Positions 1 to 12,783 are shown, numbered from the whole stretch's first letter. The stretch: 63,534 bases of DNA, filler included, from Bonamia ostreae (GCA_040357525.1; 46 parts of 46 records of this genome joined end to end with filler, not necessarily neighbours in it), one strand, 5' to 3'. The notes: generated by a model not told the origin, from the letters alone. A program made the numbers and translations.

Positions 1-538
1 AGTCACCTGTACTTACTTTTTTCTCAGGACCTCACCCCTCTTATCATTCCAGGTGTCTGTGTATCACCTATTTCCGATATCATGTAGGTTTTATGAGATC
101 CATCATTGTTATCTTCACATTTTCTTTAACAACTTAGGCTATCTACATCTTTTAAATAATTATAAACAAGAAGAAAAAAGAACATATTACGTACATGTAC
201 TTGTTGTACTTTCCGGTCGTGCATTCGCAGTTGTTGCTGTAGATGATAAGAAAGAAAACATTCAAAGTCAATTTTTAAGGAAACCTTCGATACTAGATAA
301 GACGAATACTGGCGATAATCAATGTAAGACTATGAATGTACAGAAAACTACAACAGCTGCACGATACATATTCAAGAACATTAACTGGAGTCAATATATG
401 TACACTTTTAACATTACACAACCAGTGGTAAAATACAGAGTAACTATGTAGCATTTTTAATGATTCTAAAATTATTTTGATCATGTCAAGTATGCAGTAC
501 CTTGCGTTAAATTATGTTATCAGTATCATGAAGTTTTC

Positions 539-650
539 AACCGAGACAGGCTACTGATGAATAAGCTGATTTTACAGGAGTTTCAACGTTCCCTTTAAAA
601 GTAAGAATTTCAAACATTCTGTGGTCGTCACAATTATCTTATTTCCAAAT
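539..650 (+). mobile_element. Degenerate C-terminal RT-region remnant of a high-copy host retroelement (Penelope-like)
   Basis: Translates as NRDRLLMNKLILQEFQRSL*K*EFQTFCGRHNYLISK. The same motif (GFQQPRLK...LYGRYNDL) recurs degenerate at about 4245-4330. Confidence 0.5.
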
Positions 651-1293
651 CCATCCTGTTCTTAGTTCGTATAATGTCGGGCATGTTTTATGACAATTGT
701 AAAAGCTACACAAGCTGAGGCTTAAGCTATTCTTCAACTACCCAAGGATCCAAAAATTAACAACTACCAGCATAACTAATATAATCCCGAAGATCTGATG
801 AAAAAGGCTCAATATACTCAAGAAGGGAATTAAGCTTGAGAGCATATCTGCCATGAACGTGTCGTATAAACCATCACAATCATCGTCTACTCGGACACGG
901 AAACGGCGATAATGCCGGAAACAATCGGCTTGTTGAGACCAACGTCATTAGAAGATGGAAACTGATTAGAATAACTATAGATGCTGTTTGTTTGGAAATA
1001 TTACATCGTGTCATGAATGAATTCTATATATTATGAATATACGCATATGGAATTTAGATAATGACTTGTCTTTATAAATCTGGACAAATTGGATAAATTG
1101 TTTACATTTCTAGCCACTTGTATATCACCTCTCTTCCATTTTTTCGAATTGGTGACTTCCGAAGTCAAGAGATATCGAATATTACGAAATAGAATGACTG
1201 TCAGCAAAACAAGAATTTATGAATCGACATTTTTGCCGATTTAACGGGTTTATTGCTACTTTGGCACACTCACACTGATTGAATGAATATAGA

Positions 1294-1393
1294 NNNNNNN
1301 NNNNNNNNNNNNNNNNNNNNNNNNNNNNNNNNNNNNNTTAATTAATTAANNNNNNNNNNNNNNNNNNNNNNNNNNNNNNNNNNNNNNNNNNNN
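1294..1393. other. Artificial contig-concatenation spacer (N44-TTAATTAATTAA-N44), first of 45 identical spacers
   Basis: The same 100-nt linker with stops in six frames recurs about every 1.38 kb. Flanking contigs decrease monotonically in length from 1293 to 1276 bp. Confidence 0.98.
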
Positions 1394-1434
1394 CCCCGAA
1401 ACCAATACGAAACTGAGACAACTTAATCGGAACA

Positions 1435-1468
1435 TATAATAATTAAAAATATTAATCAACATAAAGGT
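1435..1468 (+). promoter_or_regulatory. Putative -10 box (TATAAT, 1435-1440) and Shine-Dalgarno-like AAAGGT (1463-1468) upstream of the chaperonin ORF
   Basis: AAAGGT lies 5 nt upstream of ATG 1474. TATAAT is weak evidence in AT-rich DNA. Confidence 0.5.
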
Positions 1469-1473
1469 AAAAA

Positions 1474-2686
1474 ATGAAGAGAGAAAATACTTTATTTAAT
1501 TTAATAAACGGTTCATTTGGATTAAATGGTAAGACCGTAGAAATAGTAGAGACAAGAAAATCTGATAAAGGCATGAGAGTAGCAAATGTCAACTATACAA
1601 AAGATGGCTTGAGCATACTTGAATCATATTTTGAGTCTCACGGAGATGATGTTAGCGCATTCAGAATATTGGAAGAAGTTAAAAAATACGAATCAAGATA
1701 TGGAGACGGAACATCATTCTTAACAATGCTTTTGGTTCATTTCACTAATGTTATTAAAAATTCTGGAGTTGACTTTACGGCAGAAGAAGTTAATAAAGAA
1801 ATAGATTTTATTAAAAGTCTAGTAGAAAAAACAGATATAAAAGAATTCTTTTCAAAAGATACTAATCTTTTAAATTCTGAACAAAAAGATACAATTGCAA
1901 AATATTTCCCTAACTATTGCAGTGATATTAATCTTAAGAATTGGCTAAAAACTGTTTGTAAGAATGATCCTATAAGTGAAAGATTATTTGAGTTCTATAA
2001 AGATAATCCTACGGCCAATATAGCCAATGTTAGAAGGATAGATAGCCAAGAACTAGCTGAACTTACTTTCAAGGCTAAAAAGGGGTACTCAATGTATTCT
2101 TACTTGAACAAAAAATATTTACATCCCGCATTGTCATCATTAATGAATGTTAAAATAATCATTACAAAAGAAAAAATGACTGAAGATATGTACCTAGATA
2201 TAGAAAGACGATCAGTTGGTAGTGCAGAAAGAATAGTTGTTATATGTGATGGTATAAGCCAAGAAGCAACTGATTTAATAAACTCATCTGTTGAGAATAG
2301 AGTTATAGCTATAAGAATGCCTGTAGATGAAGGCTTGGATTATTTCTATGACGATTTAACTTTCATGATTAACGCTTCAGTAGACGGAGAAGGAATCACT
2401 AGTGGCCGTGTAAAAGAATTAAGACTATCTGAGAATGGGATTACAGTATTTGGATTCGATAGAACAGACGATGAAATCTATCAATACTGTGAGGCTCTTG
2501 ATAAAAACTTCGTTAGTTCAGATCCAAATGATAAAACTAGTCATAGTATAAGATTGTCAAAACTATTGGCTAATGACTCTTTTGATATATTGTTAAATTG
2601 CAAAACAATAGGCAGATACAGAATGCTTTCTGGTATGTTGGAAGATGTATATAAATCAAAGAAAGAGTTCGATAAGGGGCTAATTG
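1474..2686 (+). CDS. Highly divergent GroEL/Cpn60-like chaperonin, 3' truncated by the contig end; probably phage or prokaryotic
   Basis: Intronless ORF of more than 400 aa with chaperonin motifs in the expected order: SFGLNGKTV (cf. TLGPKGRNV), YTKDGLSI (cf. ITKDGVSV), YGDGTSFLTML (cf. AGDGTTTATVL), KKGY (cf. DRGY), MLEDV...KGLI (cf. VEDA...EGVV). Confidence 0.8.
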
Positions 2687-4244
2687 NNNNNNNNNNNNNN
2701 NNNNNNNNNNNNNNNNNNNNNNNNNNNNNNTTAATTAATTAANNNNNNNNNNNNNNNNNNNNNNNNNNNNNNNNNNNNNNNNNNNNAATTATCAGTAGTT
2801 ATTGAAATTTATTGCGCAAAAAGAGTATAAAATCCTCAAACATATGAAACACTATTCACCACTACAAGGCATCACAAGCAAGGCATCTTAATTATTTTGT
2901 GTCGCTTACTCTTGCTTTATAACAAAGTTATACTTACAACCAAATCAATATCTGTACATCTGACGTCTTCAAGACAAAATCAGTTCGTTTTCTTTTCTTT
3001 TATTCATCAACTGCAATAGTATGTTGTCCTGAGACTGCTTCTCAGTTGACTGTATTTGAGGTTGGCTGCATTGAATTTATTCATGATTTTCTTGTCTAAA
3101 ATATATGCAAATTCAAGGGGTAACGATTTGCCCCAAATCTTGAACCAATACTTAAAGTCGATATGTAATGGGATATAAGTGTCAATAATCTTTGTTAATT
3201 CGGTGTTTGCTCGGAGATTCAAACACTTTTCTGTAGAGCTGAAACATAAAACAAGCTGACGTATTATATTTATCGTGATTCAGTTCAAACAGATGTGGCG
3301 TGATCTTTAAAAAATGTAGGGATTAGAGAATGAAAGAAACTATTAAAAGCCTTACCAGTCAACCATTGTTGATATAAAATTCATTAAAAAAGAACTACGT
3401 AATATATAATTTGCACAGAATATCAAACATTTGGAGATATAATACATTTTACGCCATCATATAGCTTAAATTCTACGTAAATTTAAAAAGAGTTCACTAA
3501 TTGTATGCATGCTTCTAATAAACTATGTACAAGCCATTTTTATTACTAGTATATGCGGTGCATAAATAACAATGTATTATATCGCCAACGTGCTACGTGC
3601 ACGATACACAAGTCTATATGGTAATCAGACCAGGGAAAAACTTGGTAAATTGAATCTCTTATAAAATCCTTCATTGCAAATATAGGATGTTGGATGATAT
3701 CGAATCAAGATAAGAGTGAACTAATTCTAATTTCAATTAAATAAAACTTGCTATATTTCAAAGTGGGTGACTTTGCTATCACAAGTATGATATGTGTAAA
3801 CAATTTAAGCCTATCTTACAATGAAAAAACAAATCATCAGTCGTAAAATCAGGTCGCCATCGGATTTTTAGCATCTAGCAAATAAGACGCTACTTAATTT
3901 ACGAAGCTTGCAAAACCTGGTAAACGTCTTTCTACCATCTAAATTTGATTGCGAAAACTGTCTATATTTTGGAGTTGGGAAAATTTGGAACAGCTGCAAA
4001 GGGTGAAGAATATTGCCTCTTATCTAGTTATGAGGTCACCGAAACGGTAACATATTTTGGATTCTGGCGGAACTCCATNNNNNNNNNNNNNNNNNNNNNN
4101 NNNNNNNNNNNNNNNNNNNNNNTTAATTAATTAANNNNNNNNNNNNNNNNNNNNNNNNNNNNNNNNNNNNNNNNNNNNTACCATCATTTTCTATGTAATT
4201 TTCACCACTGCAACTGTGTTTTAAACACAATCATTTTAAGATTA

Positions 4245-4590
4245 AGACGGGGTACTGACACAATTGGTTGTCACATGGGTTTCAACAACCTCGTTTAAAG
4301 TTAGGAATTATATGGTCGTTACAATGATCTAAGTCGAAAATAAAAGATAATGTGTAGCACTTGGTCGAATGTTATCCGATATGCTTCATATCAATTTTGA
4401 AGACGTTCTTATTCAACTGATATCGCCCAAGGATTATTCTGTTTATCTGATGAAGAAAGAAGGTTCACGGTGGATGCACCCGTTAACAGGAAACACTTAT
4501 ATTGGTATGTCCAAGGGTTCGTGTTTGCTCTTCTCTTATTTTTTTTTCATTTTAGAGAAATTGGGAGATAGATCAGCGTCCATTATATTT
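4245..4590 (+). mobile_element. Degenerate copy of the 3' end (RT tail plus 3' UTR) of a high-copy host retroelement
   Basis: GFQQPRLK/LYGRYNDL remnant followed by a UTR resembling copies at about 8828-8975 (-) and 48710-48830 (+). Confidence 0.5.
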
Positions 4591-5350
4591 ACTTGGTCAT
4601 TAACCAACTTCAGGAGAAAAAATTCAAAAAAAAACCCCAAAAACTTAAAGAATAACCCTATCAAAGTCAAATTTAGGAAACACTTTAATTCAATCAAATG
4701 CAGAAGTCAATACCATAAGAAATAACTTAGAAGCATCACAACCCCTACGAAAAAAATGAAAATAAGAATTCTAAGATACAAGTATAAGGAAGTAACCCTA
4801 TGGATGAATATTAAACTGTAGAATGATGCATATGGTCATATCGAACACAGAAGTCATCATGGCAATTCCCCGTGACGTATGCAAATATCACGCAACACTT
4901 TACTTTTAGAAAATATAAAAAATACATGGAACATGATGGGAGCAACTTCACACTCGTCAGTGAATTACCGTGTTGTCCACATTCGTATAAATAGATATCA
5001 ACACCGTGGTTTTTTTTTTCTCTCGGATATCCTTGACCGAGCTGTTTAAAAGTAGAAAACATCTTTTAAATATGGAAAATAGCGTTTTTGATCAACTGGT
5101 ACATGTTTATGATATAACGTTACGGAGGGATAGAATTAACTGTATGGATACAACGCAAAACCAAAATAATATGCAGAGTAAATTTTGCCACTGTTTTATT
5201 TTCGCTGATTCCGTTTACTGAAAACTTAATTTTGTCACTATGACCCTAACAATTAGTCAGTTTAACTAACCCCCACCCCGCACCCCCACCCCCGGATGAG
5301 GGTGTATTTTGTCATTTTGACGATGTGTCTGTCATTTTGATTATATGAAA

Positions 5351-5469
5351 ATAATTACACCGAATGATATAGGTGGTTATATTGACATTAATAATTACAC
5401 TGATCGATATAGGTGGTTATATTGACTTTGACAATTACACTGACTGATATATGTGATTATATTGACTTC
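5351..5469. repeat. 40-bp tandem repeat x3, running into the contig end
   Basis: Unit ATAATTACACnGAnnGATATAGGTGGTTATATTGAC starts at 5351, 5391 and 5431. Confidence 0.9.
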
Positions 5470-5753
5470 NNNNNNNNNNNNNNNNNNNNNNNNNNNNNNN
5501 NNNNNNNNNNNNNTTAATTAATTAANNNNNNNNNNNNNNNNNNNNNNNNNNNNNNNNNNNNNNNNNNNNTGACAAGAATATGTTAAACCAATCCCAACTC
5601 TTGATGAATATACGTGTGCCTAATTACTCTGGTGGAACAAAAACATAACATTTTTCATTCATTATACATTGGAGAAAGTTTTATAACATTTTGAATACGG
5701 AGGAAGTAGCAATCATAGTACCCTTTAGAATGCTTGACATTGCTATAGGTAGA

Positions 5754-6704
5754 TTAGAAAAGTTTCCAGCCACTAAACGAAGTTCTATATAAAGCTGGAT
5801 TACTAATAATATTTTGGTTGAAGCTCCCATGAGGATTTGTTTTGATAAAAACTACATCTCCTGGATTGACACTCACTACTACTATTCCTGTTGTAGCTCG
5901 TTGATTGTCCACGCCAAAAGCACTTGTAGACATCGACCCGACTGCGTTCGAATTCACCAGAATTTGTGTGTAAATGTAACCGTTACCAGGCATAACAATA
6001 GTCCATGTGAACACATAGACCCCGTGATCCGGTACAGTAAAGGCACCATTGTATTTGTTGTAGTGATTTCCTACATTTGTAACAACTGATTGAAAAATCA
6101 ATATTTGGTCGTGTGCCGGGGTATGCATATCACCGGACATATAAGCATGAAATGCTACTCCATTTCCATTTTGTTGAGCTAAAAGACATATGATACATGA
6201 TCAGGTGACATAAAAAAAATCGGGTGAAATAAACTTCCTTTCATTTTAATAACTTTACTGTATATAATAAAACAGCATACCTTGAGAGGACACGGAGCGA
6301 GTTTCTCTGGCGACTCTTTTATAAAAATTTCTTGTCTCCCTTCTTGTGTTAGTGTCTTTCAAGATGTCACGTTCTTGTAAGGGTATTAAGATTTCCTTTT
6401 CTTTTTCTTTATTTTGTTTCTGGGTTTTCATCAAGCTTCTTTGATCGCATGCACACATAGTTTGATTTCTAACAAATTCTTCCATGCCCTTGATTTTTCT
6501 TTCTTGTTCTCGACCGAGTTGTCTTTGTTCCTGGAGTAAGTTCTTCATCTGACGAGCATATTTCTCCTGTTTTTGTTGTAAAGATTCTAATCCAGAGACA
6601 ATGTTTTCCAAATGGTCTATCTTCTCATTCAGTTTTCTCAAACTTTGCCATCCATTCACAATCTCGATAACTGAGAGTAAAATTATCACAAAGTTATAAC
6701 GCAT
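5754..6704 (-). CDS. Secreted C1q-domain-containing protein (bivalve C1qDC); exons 6281-6704 and 5754-6178
   Basis: Signal peptide MRYNFVIILLSVIEIVNG and a coiled coil. A GT-AG intron (6179-6280) joins these to a gC1q domain (VAFHAY...FQSVVTNVGNHYNKYNGAFTVPDHGVYVFTW...TSFSGWKLF). Confidence 0.92.
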
Positions 6705-6959
6705 ACTGAACTCTCGTCGTATAAAATTCTGGGTGGAATGGTGCACCTGTAGGTGGACTTCCTAACAGTGTTTATGTATCTCGATTGATTCTTATCTCGC
6801 TGTAAACTTTGTACTCTGATTTTGAACCCCAAAGAATAAGAATTGAAAAGAGGTACTTGNNNNNNNNNNNNNNNNNNNNNNNNNNNNNNNNNNNNNNNNN
6901 NNNTTAATTAATTAANNNNNNNNNNNNNNNNNNNNNNNNNNNNNNNNNNNNNNNNNNNN

Positions 6960-7873
6960 AAAGCTTCAACGATTTTTAAGGGTTGGGAAGTTTTGTTGTC
7001 TTTGGAAAAATGGTCAGCGAAAAAAACTTTTTAGTTTTATAAACACGAATAAGAAATCGGTTTCGTTTTTAGAGAACACTGCGTCGACCACATTGTAAGT
7101 TCCGTCGCACAAGACTCGCAAATCTACTGCCCAAACAAACTCGAACTCGTTTATAACGGGAAACGCCTTTTTTAAGGAATCGATCAAAAAAGTTCTTTTG
7201 ATCACGTCGGAAGGAGATTGGAGCCAATTTTTCGCGCAAAAATATTGCGAGAAAACTTTGTGGCGCCAAATCCTTTCTTCTTCGCCTTTTAGCAGCGCTC
7301 CGAAATTTGTTGTTTCTGGTTTTTCAAAGTTAATTATTTTGTCCAACTCTTCTTCAAAATCGCAGCTTTCCTCTTTTGTCGTTTCGTTGTTCAGTAATTC
7401 GACCCATTCGTTATCGAAGTGGATTTGGAAGTTCTCGCCGGTGTAGAAAGCTGCGAGCACTTTGCTTTTCGGATACATGCTCTGCCATGTTCTTGAGTAT
7501 TTAAGGGCTTGTTTCTCGACTATTTTGTTTTCTCAAAGTGATTTTCAAAACTTTCGGTTTTCAGTTCTATTACGAAAAAGGTGTTGAGGCCATCGAAAAG
7601 CACGATGTCTCCTTTGCCGGAGTCACAGTGCCATTCAAGACCAACGATTAAGTAAGCGCCCAAAATATGGTGTAATGTGTTTCGAATATCGGATTCGAAG
7701 ACAAAGTCTCTTTTGAGATTGTCTTCCGGGTGTGTCAACGTCCATTTGTTGTGAGATAGAAAATGGCTGGTGATCAAATGTCGATGTCGGAAATGTATCA
7801 ATTCGATGTCACTAAAAATTTTTGTCTTTAACGCCAATATGAAGTTTCTCAAATTGATCATTTTTTCCGCCAT
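6960..7873 (-). CDS. Protist protein with two tandem PD-(D/E)xK restriction-endonuclease-like domains; introns 7532-7551 (20 nt) and probably 7000-7027 (28 nt); 3' truncated
   Basis: Removing the 20-nt GT-AG intron fuses two ORFs into E...EW...GKGDIVLFDG...VIELKTEKNKIVEKQALKY. A second degenerate repeat follows (W...VVDAVFS...FIKLK). Confidence 0.65.
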
Positions 7874-8827
7874 TTTTCTACGAAATATTAACGAAATCGC
7901 TTATAGTTTTATAACGTCTAAAATTTCACTTATAATAACTTGGTTTTTTAATTAGTAAATTTCAGCGCCATTTTTAAGAAAAAATGCTTAAAATATTAAC
8001 GAAATCAAATATAATAACAAAAATCAAATAATCAAAATAAATTATTAAAAAATAAATTCAACAATTATAAAAAAATAAATTCATATAATATACAATTAAA
8101 ATGAAATAGACTTCAACAATAAAAAAACAAAAAAAAATAACATGAAAAGTAAAAAAAACAAAACAAAAGACAAAAACATAAATCAATACAAATGACAATT
8201 AATCTTAAAAACAAAAAAGACATATAAAAAGAAAAACATATTAGACCACNNNNNNNNNNNNNNNNNNNNNNNNNNNNNNNNNNNNNNNNNNNNTTAATTA
8301 ATTAANNNNNNNNNNNNNNNNNNNNNNNNNNNNNNNNNNNNNNNNNNNNGAATCGCGGTGAAATACAATACTTTGGTTTGAACTCATGATGAAAAACAAC
8401 AGAAGCAATATTAGTCACTAATAAACATGAATAATTTTATTCATTTTTTTTCAATTTCGTTCGGAAATTTGATTGTATTAGATATGTGTTGGGTTTTTTG
8501 GGACACCCACTCCACTACAACCACCTAAATGATTTCAGTACAACGAAGAAAAAACCACCGCAATGGTAGTTTAAATTGAAACTCAATCTTCGTCAGATAA
8601 CATCATTATAGATAAATACAGGGTGTCCAAAAATATCCATCACCAACCGTGACAATTTGCAAGACATCCGTGGAAAAATAAAAAATGATTTACTTAAAAG
8701 TGTAATCTTGAATTTCGATGGTTTGGTGTTGCATTCCACAGCCGTTTCTTTTCTTTCAATTTGCTTTATTGCGATACTACATTTTAATTTTATGGGCTAT
8801 AGTTTGGAATGTTGTATCCTGCAAATT

Positions 8828-8975
8828 AAAAGTGAAGATAACGATCAGTCATAAATCACATAAATCCTATAAATAAAACAAAAACACGAGTTGGTCAAAC
8901 ATAACAGAGGTCGGGACCTGTGCCAAAGAGGAGTAAGCATATCCTGTCGGCCGGTCACACAACTGTGAACCCCAT
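8828..8975 (-). mobile_element. Host retroelement 3'-UTR copy (same family as 4245-4590)
   Basis: GGAGTAAGCATATCCTGTCGGCCGGTCACAC and a terminal GTGAAGATAACGA motif shared with other host contigs. Confidence 0.45.
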
Positions 8976-11814
8976 CTCTTGATCGATCCTTTCCATTCAG
9001 GTACACAGTAGTATTTCATAATTACAGAGGCTACTGTACACAAATCCACAGTGTTAAAACAAACTCCGAAGTAAAGTGATATTGCTATAATACACGCGCC
9101 TCTTAGCGACCAAAATGGCATACAAGAAAAATGTTGAATATGGGTATAATGTAGTTGAGTGTATGATATGAATACATCTGTTATACGCACCTCTATACAA
9201 GTTCAGAAAGCGTGAAATCCTGTCTTTGATGGGTTCTAGAAATGAAAATAGGTTGCAATAAAATCATTCTGAATTTTAAAAGTATCTAAGATGATGATAA
9301 TGTATGTGTCATAGTATTTAAACAATGAAGTGAAGACAACGAACGGTTCGTTTTAAGTTTCTGCAAGAACTTTTCACTCAACTGGACACGGCACGAATTG
9401 TAGGTGAAGTACCCGAAAGTCAGACCTATGGTTAGCACTTACAGACGTAACAGTGAGGGTTTTTTAACATGTGACTTATTGCAATTGATGTGCGTCCGTC
9501 GTCGTCCGCCATGCTTTAGCAATTAAACATTTTGAACTTCCTGATAATGCCGATCATAGTAATGTGACAGGTAAGGACAACCGAATTGACGAGTTGTGAC
9601 ATCCTCTTTGGCTATGACTTGATTACTATGATCGGTATTNNNNNNNNNNNNNNNNNNNNNNNNNNNNNNNNNNNNNNNNNNNNTTAATTAATTAANNNNN
9701 NNNNNNNNNNNNNNNNNNNNNNNNNNNNNNNNNNNNNNNAAAAATTACAACTGTACACAAAAAATTATATAATATTGTATAAATGAATTTAACTCTAACA
9801 AAAAAATCAAACTTAATTATTTTAACCTATCAAATAACACAGTATTCGATCAAACAGCAAGTTGTATTTGTAAATAGGTTCATTATAAATACTTATTTAC
9901 GAATATATATCTATGAAAATATTCGTTGCTGTATCATTTTCGCCCCTTTCGCACACAATATCACTGGATAACTTTATTACTAGGTGCTTTGTCTGCGTCT
10001 GAGTATATTTTGAATGGTGAAACTGTTTAAAGGTGCAGAAAGGCGTAAATAACACGGGCCAAAATAACATTGTTTGAATTATCATATATCTTTACTTATT
10101 GTTGTATTTCTTCATGTCAACTTGTTACACTTCACGTACAACTAATAGTGTCAATTTACGAAAACTTATTGAATGTGAAGTAAAAAAAAAAACCCACAAA
10201 AAATATTCACATTCCAAATTTCTTAATTGCAGATTAAGGAAAATACGGAGTAAGGGAGATTTTGAAGACAGCAATGGTGAACAACAGTATCCAGTAGCTG
10301 GAACATTCGAAAAAGAACAGTGTCTATGAACTTTTATTTCAATTCATTCTGTTTATTTCTTATACAATTTTGATACTTTTGAGTTGAATACCATTCTGTG
10401 CATCTGAGTTGGTTCTAATAAAATTTTCTTATCCCAAAAAATGTCGTGATTATCCTGGTAATTACCTTGTTATATTCATTAATCCGCTGTATCAATACAC
10501 CCCTATTTGCCACAAAATACCCTATGGAAAAGGTTGCACAGACAGGTACATGTATTTAGAGCATCAGAAGTTCTCTTCTTAGACAAAAATAGCATGCGGT
10601 ATATATGCTGCATATATAGCACAATTAATCTATCAAATAAAGCAGGTTTGCTGAAATGAATGTTCTTTTTTTCCTATTCAAGAGCACATTGACATGCGTG
10701 AGAAATGTGTGATGTACGTTATAATCTAGTAATGTCCTCAAAAATCATACCAGTATCGATATTCGGTGGACTGTATTTTTAAATCAATACTGTATGCTTT
10801 TTTTTCATTTTAGCATGTTAGAAATATTATTCTAAAGATTGCATAACTTCCGTAGGTTTTGACCTCATCCACAGCACATAGGCACATTGAAATTCACAAG
10901 GGATCATTGCCCACACTTTTATCAAATGTTTAGAAAGTAAATAAATTCATTGATATTTGACTTTTGATGGTTATCCGTCGACTTTAGTAATCTGTTGATA
11001 TGAAAACGTGAACATATCGAACAGTGATNNNNNNNNNNNNNNNNNNNNNNNNNNNNNNNNNNNNNNNNNNNNTTAATTAATTAANNNNNNNNNNNNNNNN
11101 NNNNNNNNNNNNNNNNNNNNNNNNNNNNTTGTTCTAAAATGGCAAATTTTCAGTTTATTTTGTTCTAAAAATGACTAAATTAGCCAACGTGTAAAGCTCG
11201 ATATATTCTTTATTGCTGAGAACTGTGTTTTCAGTTGATATATCAATTCTGGCAATAATTTTGGCAATACCCCAAGTTTCGAGAGTTTTCCATGCTTCGC
11301 CAAAATTCTGCAAAGTCATGACTAAATGTCAAATAATAAAAGCTAATTTTGTATACAAGAAACTGTGATAAATTTTCTATACATTGCGTAACTGTCAATG
11401 AAAATAGGAATTCTAGTATATATTTTCAGTCACGAATCACTGTACTTTATTATACAATTTCGTAGATCATCAACTTGTGAAAAAAATTAAAATGAGTTCA
11501 AAAACAAAATTAAATTTTTTTATAAAAATTAAACAAATTTGCTCAAAAATTGACAAAAATTTGTTAAGAAAAATTTGCTCGAATAAAAGAATCTTCGATA
11601 CGTTAATTATAAAATTTTTTCACTGCTCTTTTATATAATTCAAATAAAAATTTACGCATCCACAAGAAAACGCAGCCGACGCACTGTAAACTTTTTAGTT
11701 CAAAGAGACTTTGCAATGGCAGAGTTAGCACTCAACCTTAAGCTTCGGACATGTCAATCACATATATTTACAAAAATGGCATTTTTAGAAAAAAGTTAAT
11801 TATCAGATGTTTTT

Positions 11815-12417
11815 TTATTGGTCTAAAATGGATTTTATCGAGTTCAGAAATTCCTTTTGATCTTCGTAGAGATAACTAATGTAACTAAATCCATCCTCAA
11901 TTTCCTAAATTTGAAATTTGAAACTTTTTCTTCTTTTTCGCTTATTTTAACTTTATCAAAGTTTAGTTCCAAATTTAATATTCGCTGGCATTTAATCGCT
12001 TCGACGAGCATTTTCACCGAGCTTATTTTTTCAACGTTTTTTCTTGCAAAATCTTCAATGTTTTTCGGCTAAAATTTTTCGAAAGTCAACCATATTTTTT
12101 TCTGCGAACTCTTTCAAAATAGCCAATTCATCTTCATTTTCAGTAGTTTTGACTAAATTCAGAACTAAATTTTAGTCCCAATAAAACGTGTTTTAGAAAG
12201 TTTAACTGTCGGATGCCAAAGCTTAAAACTCGAATTGTCAATTTCGTTGGCTTTATTAAAAGCTCTGATCGCCAAAAATATTTTATCTAAAAATTCTAAT
12301 AAAAACTTTGACGAAGATGAACCAAAATGGACAAAATCCAAATTTCGATGTCGTTTTTTCTCGATTTTTGTAGAATTTTTAGCAATTTTTCCGCGTTTTC
12401 GATTCCAAAATTGTCTT
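11815..12417 (-). CDS. NAA15: C-terminal part of the NatA auxiliary subunit (NAA15/Nat1-like); introns 12287-12306, 12165-12187, 12069-12090, 11905-11924
   Basis: Four GT-AG introns of 20, 23, 22 and 20 nt give a continuous frame: IENAEKLLKILQKSRKNDIEIWILSILVHLRQNKIFLAIRAFNKANEID... This resembles the NAA15 C-terminal helical region and ends at TAA 11815-11817. Confidence 0.65.
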
Positions 12418-12517
12418 NNNNNNNNNNNNNNNNNNNNNNNNNNNNNNNNNNNNNNNNNNNNTTAATTAATTAANNNNNNNNNNNNNNNNNNNNNNNNNNN
12501 NNNNNNNNNNNNNNNNN

Positions 12518-12780
12518 AATTTAATAAAATCTACAAAATATAATAAAAAATTACAAAATTTAATAAAATCGACAAAATTTAATAAAAAATGACAAAATTT
12601 AATAAAACGAAAAAATTAATAAAAAATTACAAAATTAATAAAAAAATTACAAAATCAATAAAAAAAATTACAAAATTAATAAAATTACAAAATTTAATAA
12701 AAAATTACAAAATTAATAAAAAATTACACAATTAACAAAAAATTACAAAATTTAATAAAAAGACAAAATTTAATAAAAAT
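12518..12780. repeat. About 20-nt AT-rich minisatellite filling CSTF3 intron 6
   Basis: Repeated AATAAAAAA(A)TTACAAAATT(T) units run from just after the donor at 12783 (-) to the contig end. Confidence 0.9.
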
Positions 12781-12783
12781 CAC

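Noticed and set aside
1338-1349. Regularly spaced TTAATTAATTAA motif as a biological repeat or CRISPR-like array
   Set aside because: It is always embedded in N-runs of fixed length, so it is a synthetic six-frame stop linker. ORFs containing X runs or ending LIN are artefacts.
5351-5469. CRISPR-like 40-bp repeats (also 19183-19357 and 35565-35860)
   Set aside because: The units are head-to-tail with no unique spacers, there are no cas genes, and the context is eukaryotic.
7500-7560. Programmed ribosomal frameshifting or stop readthrough joining adjacent ORFs (also 21443 and 27169)
   Set aside because: Each case is resolved exactly by a GT-AG segment of the same 19-25-nt size class.
11129-11800. 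Possible plus-strand protist gene convergent on NAA15; similar unresolved fragments at 15295-16582 and 26383-26950
   Set aside because: Candidate tiny introns exist, but no recognisable protein constrains the frames, so a model is not supportable.
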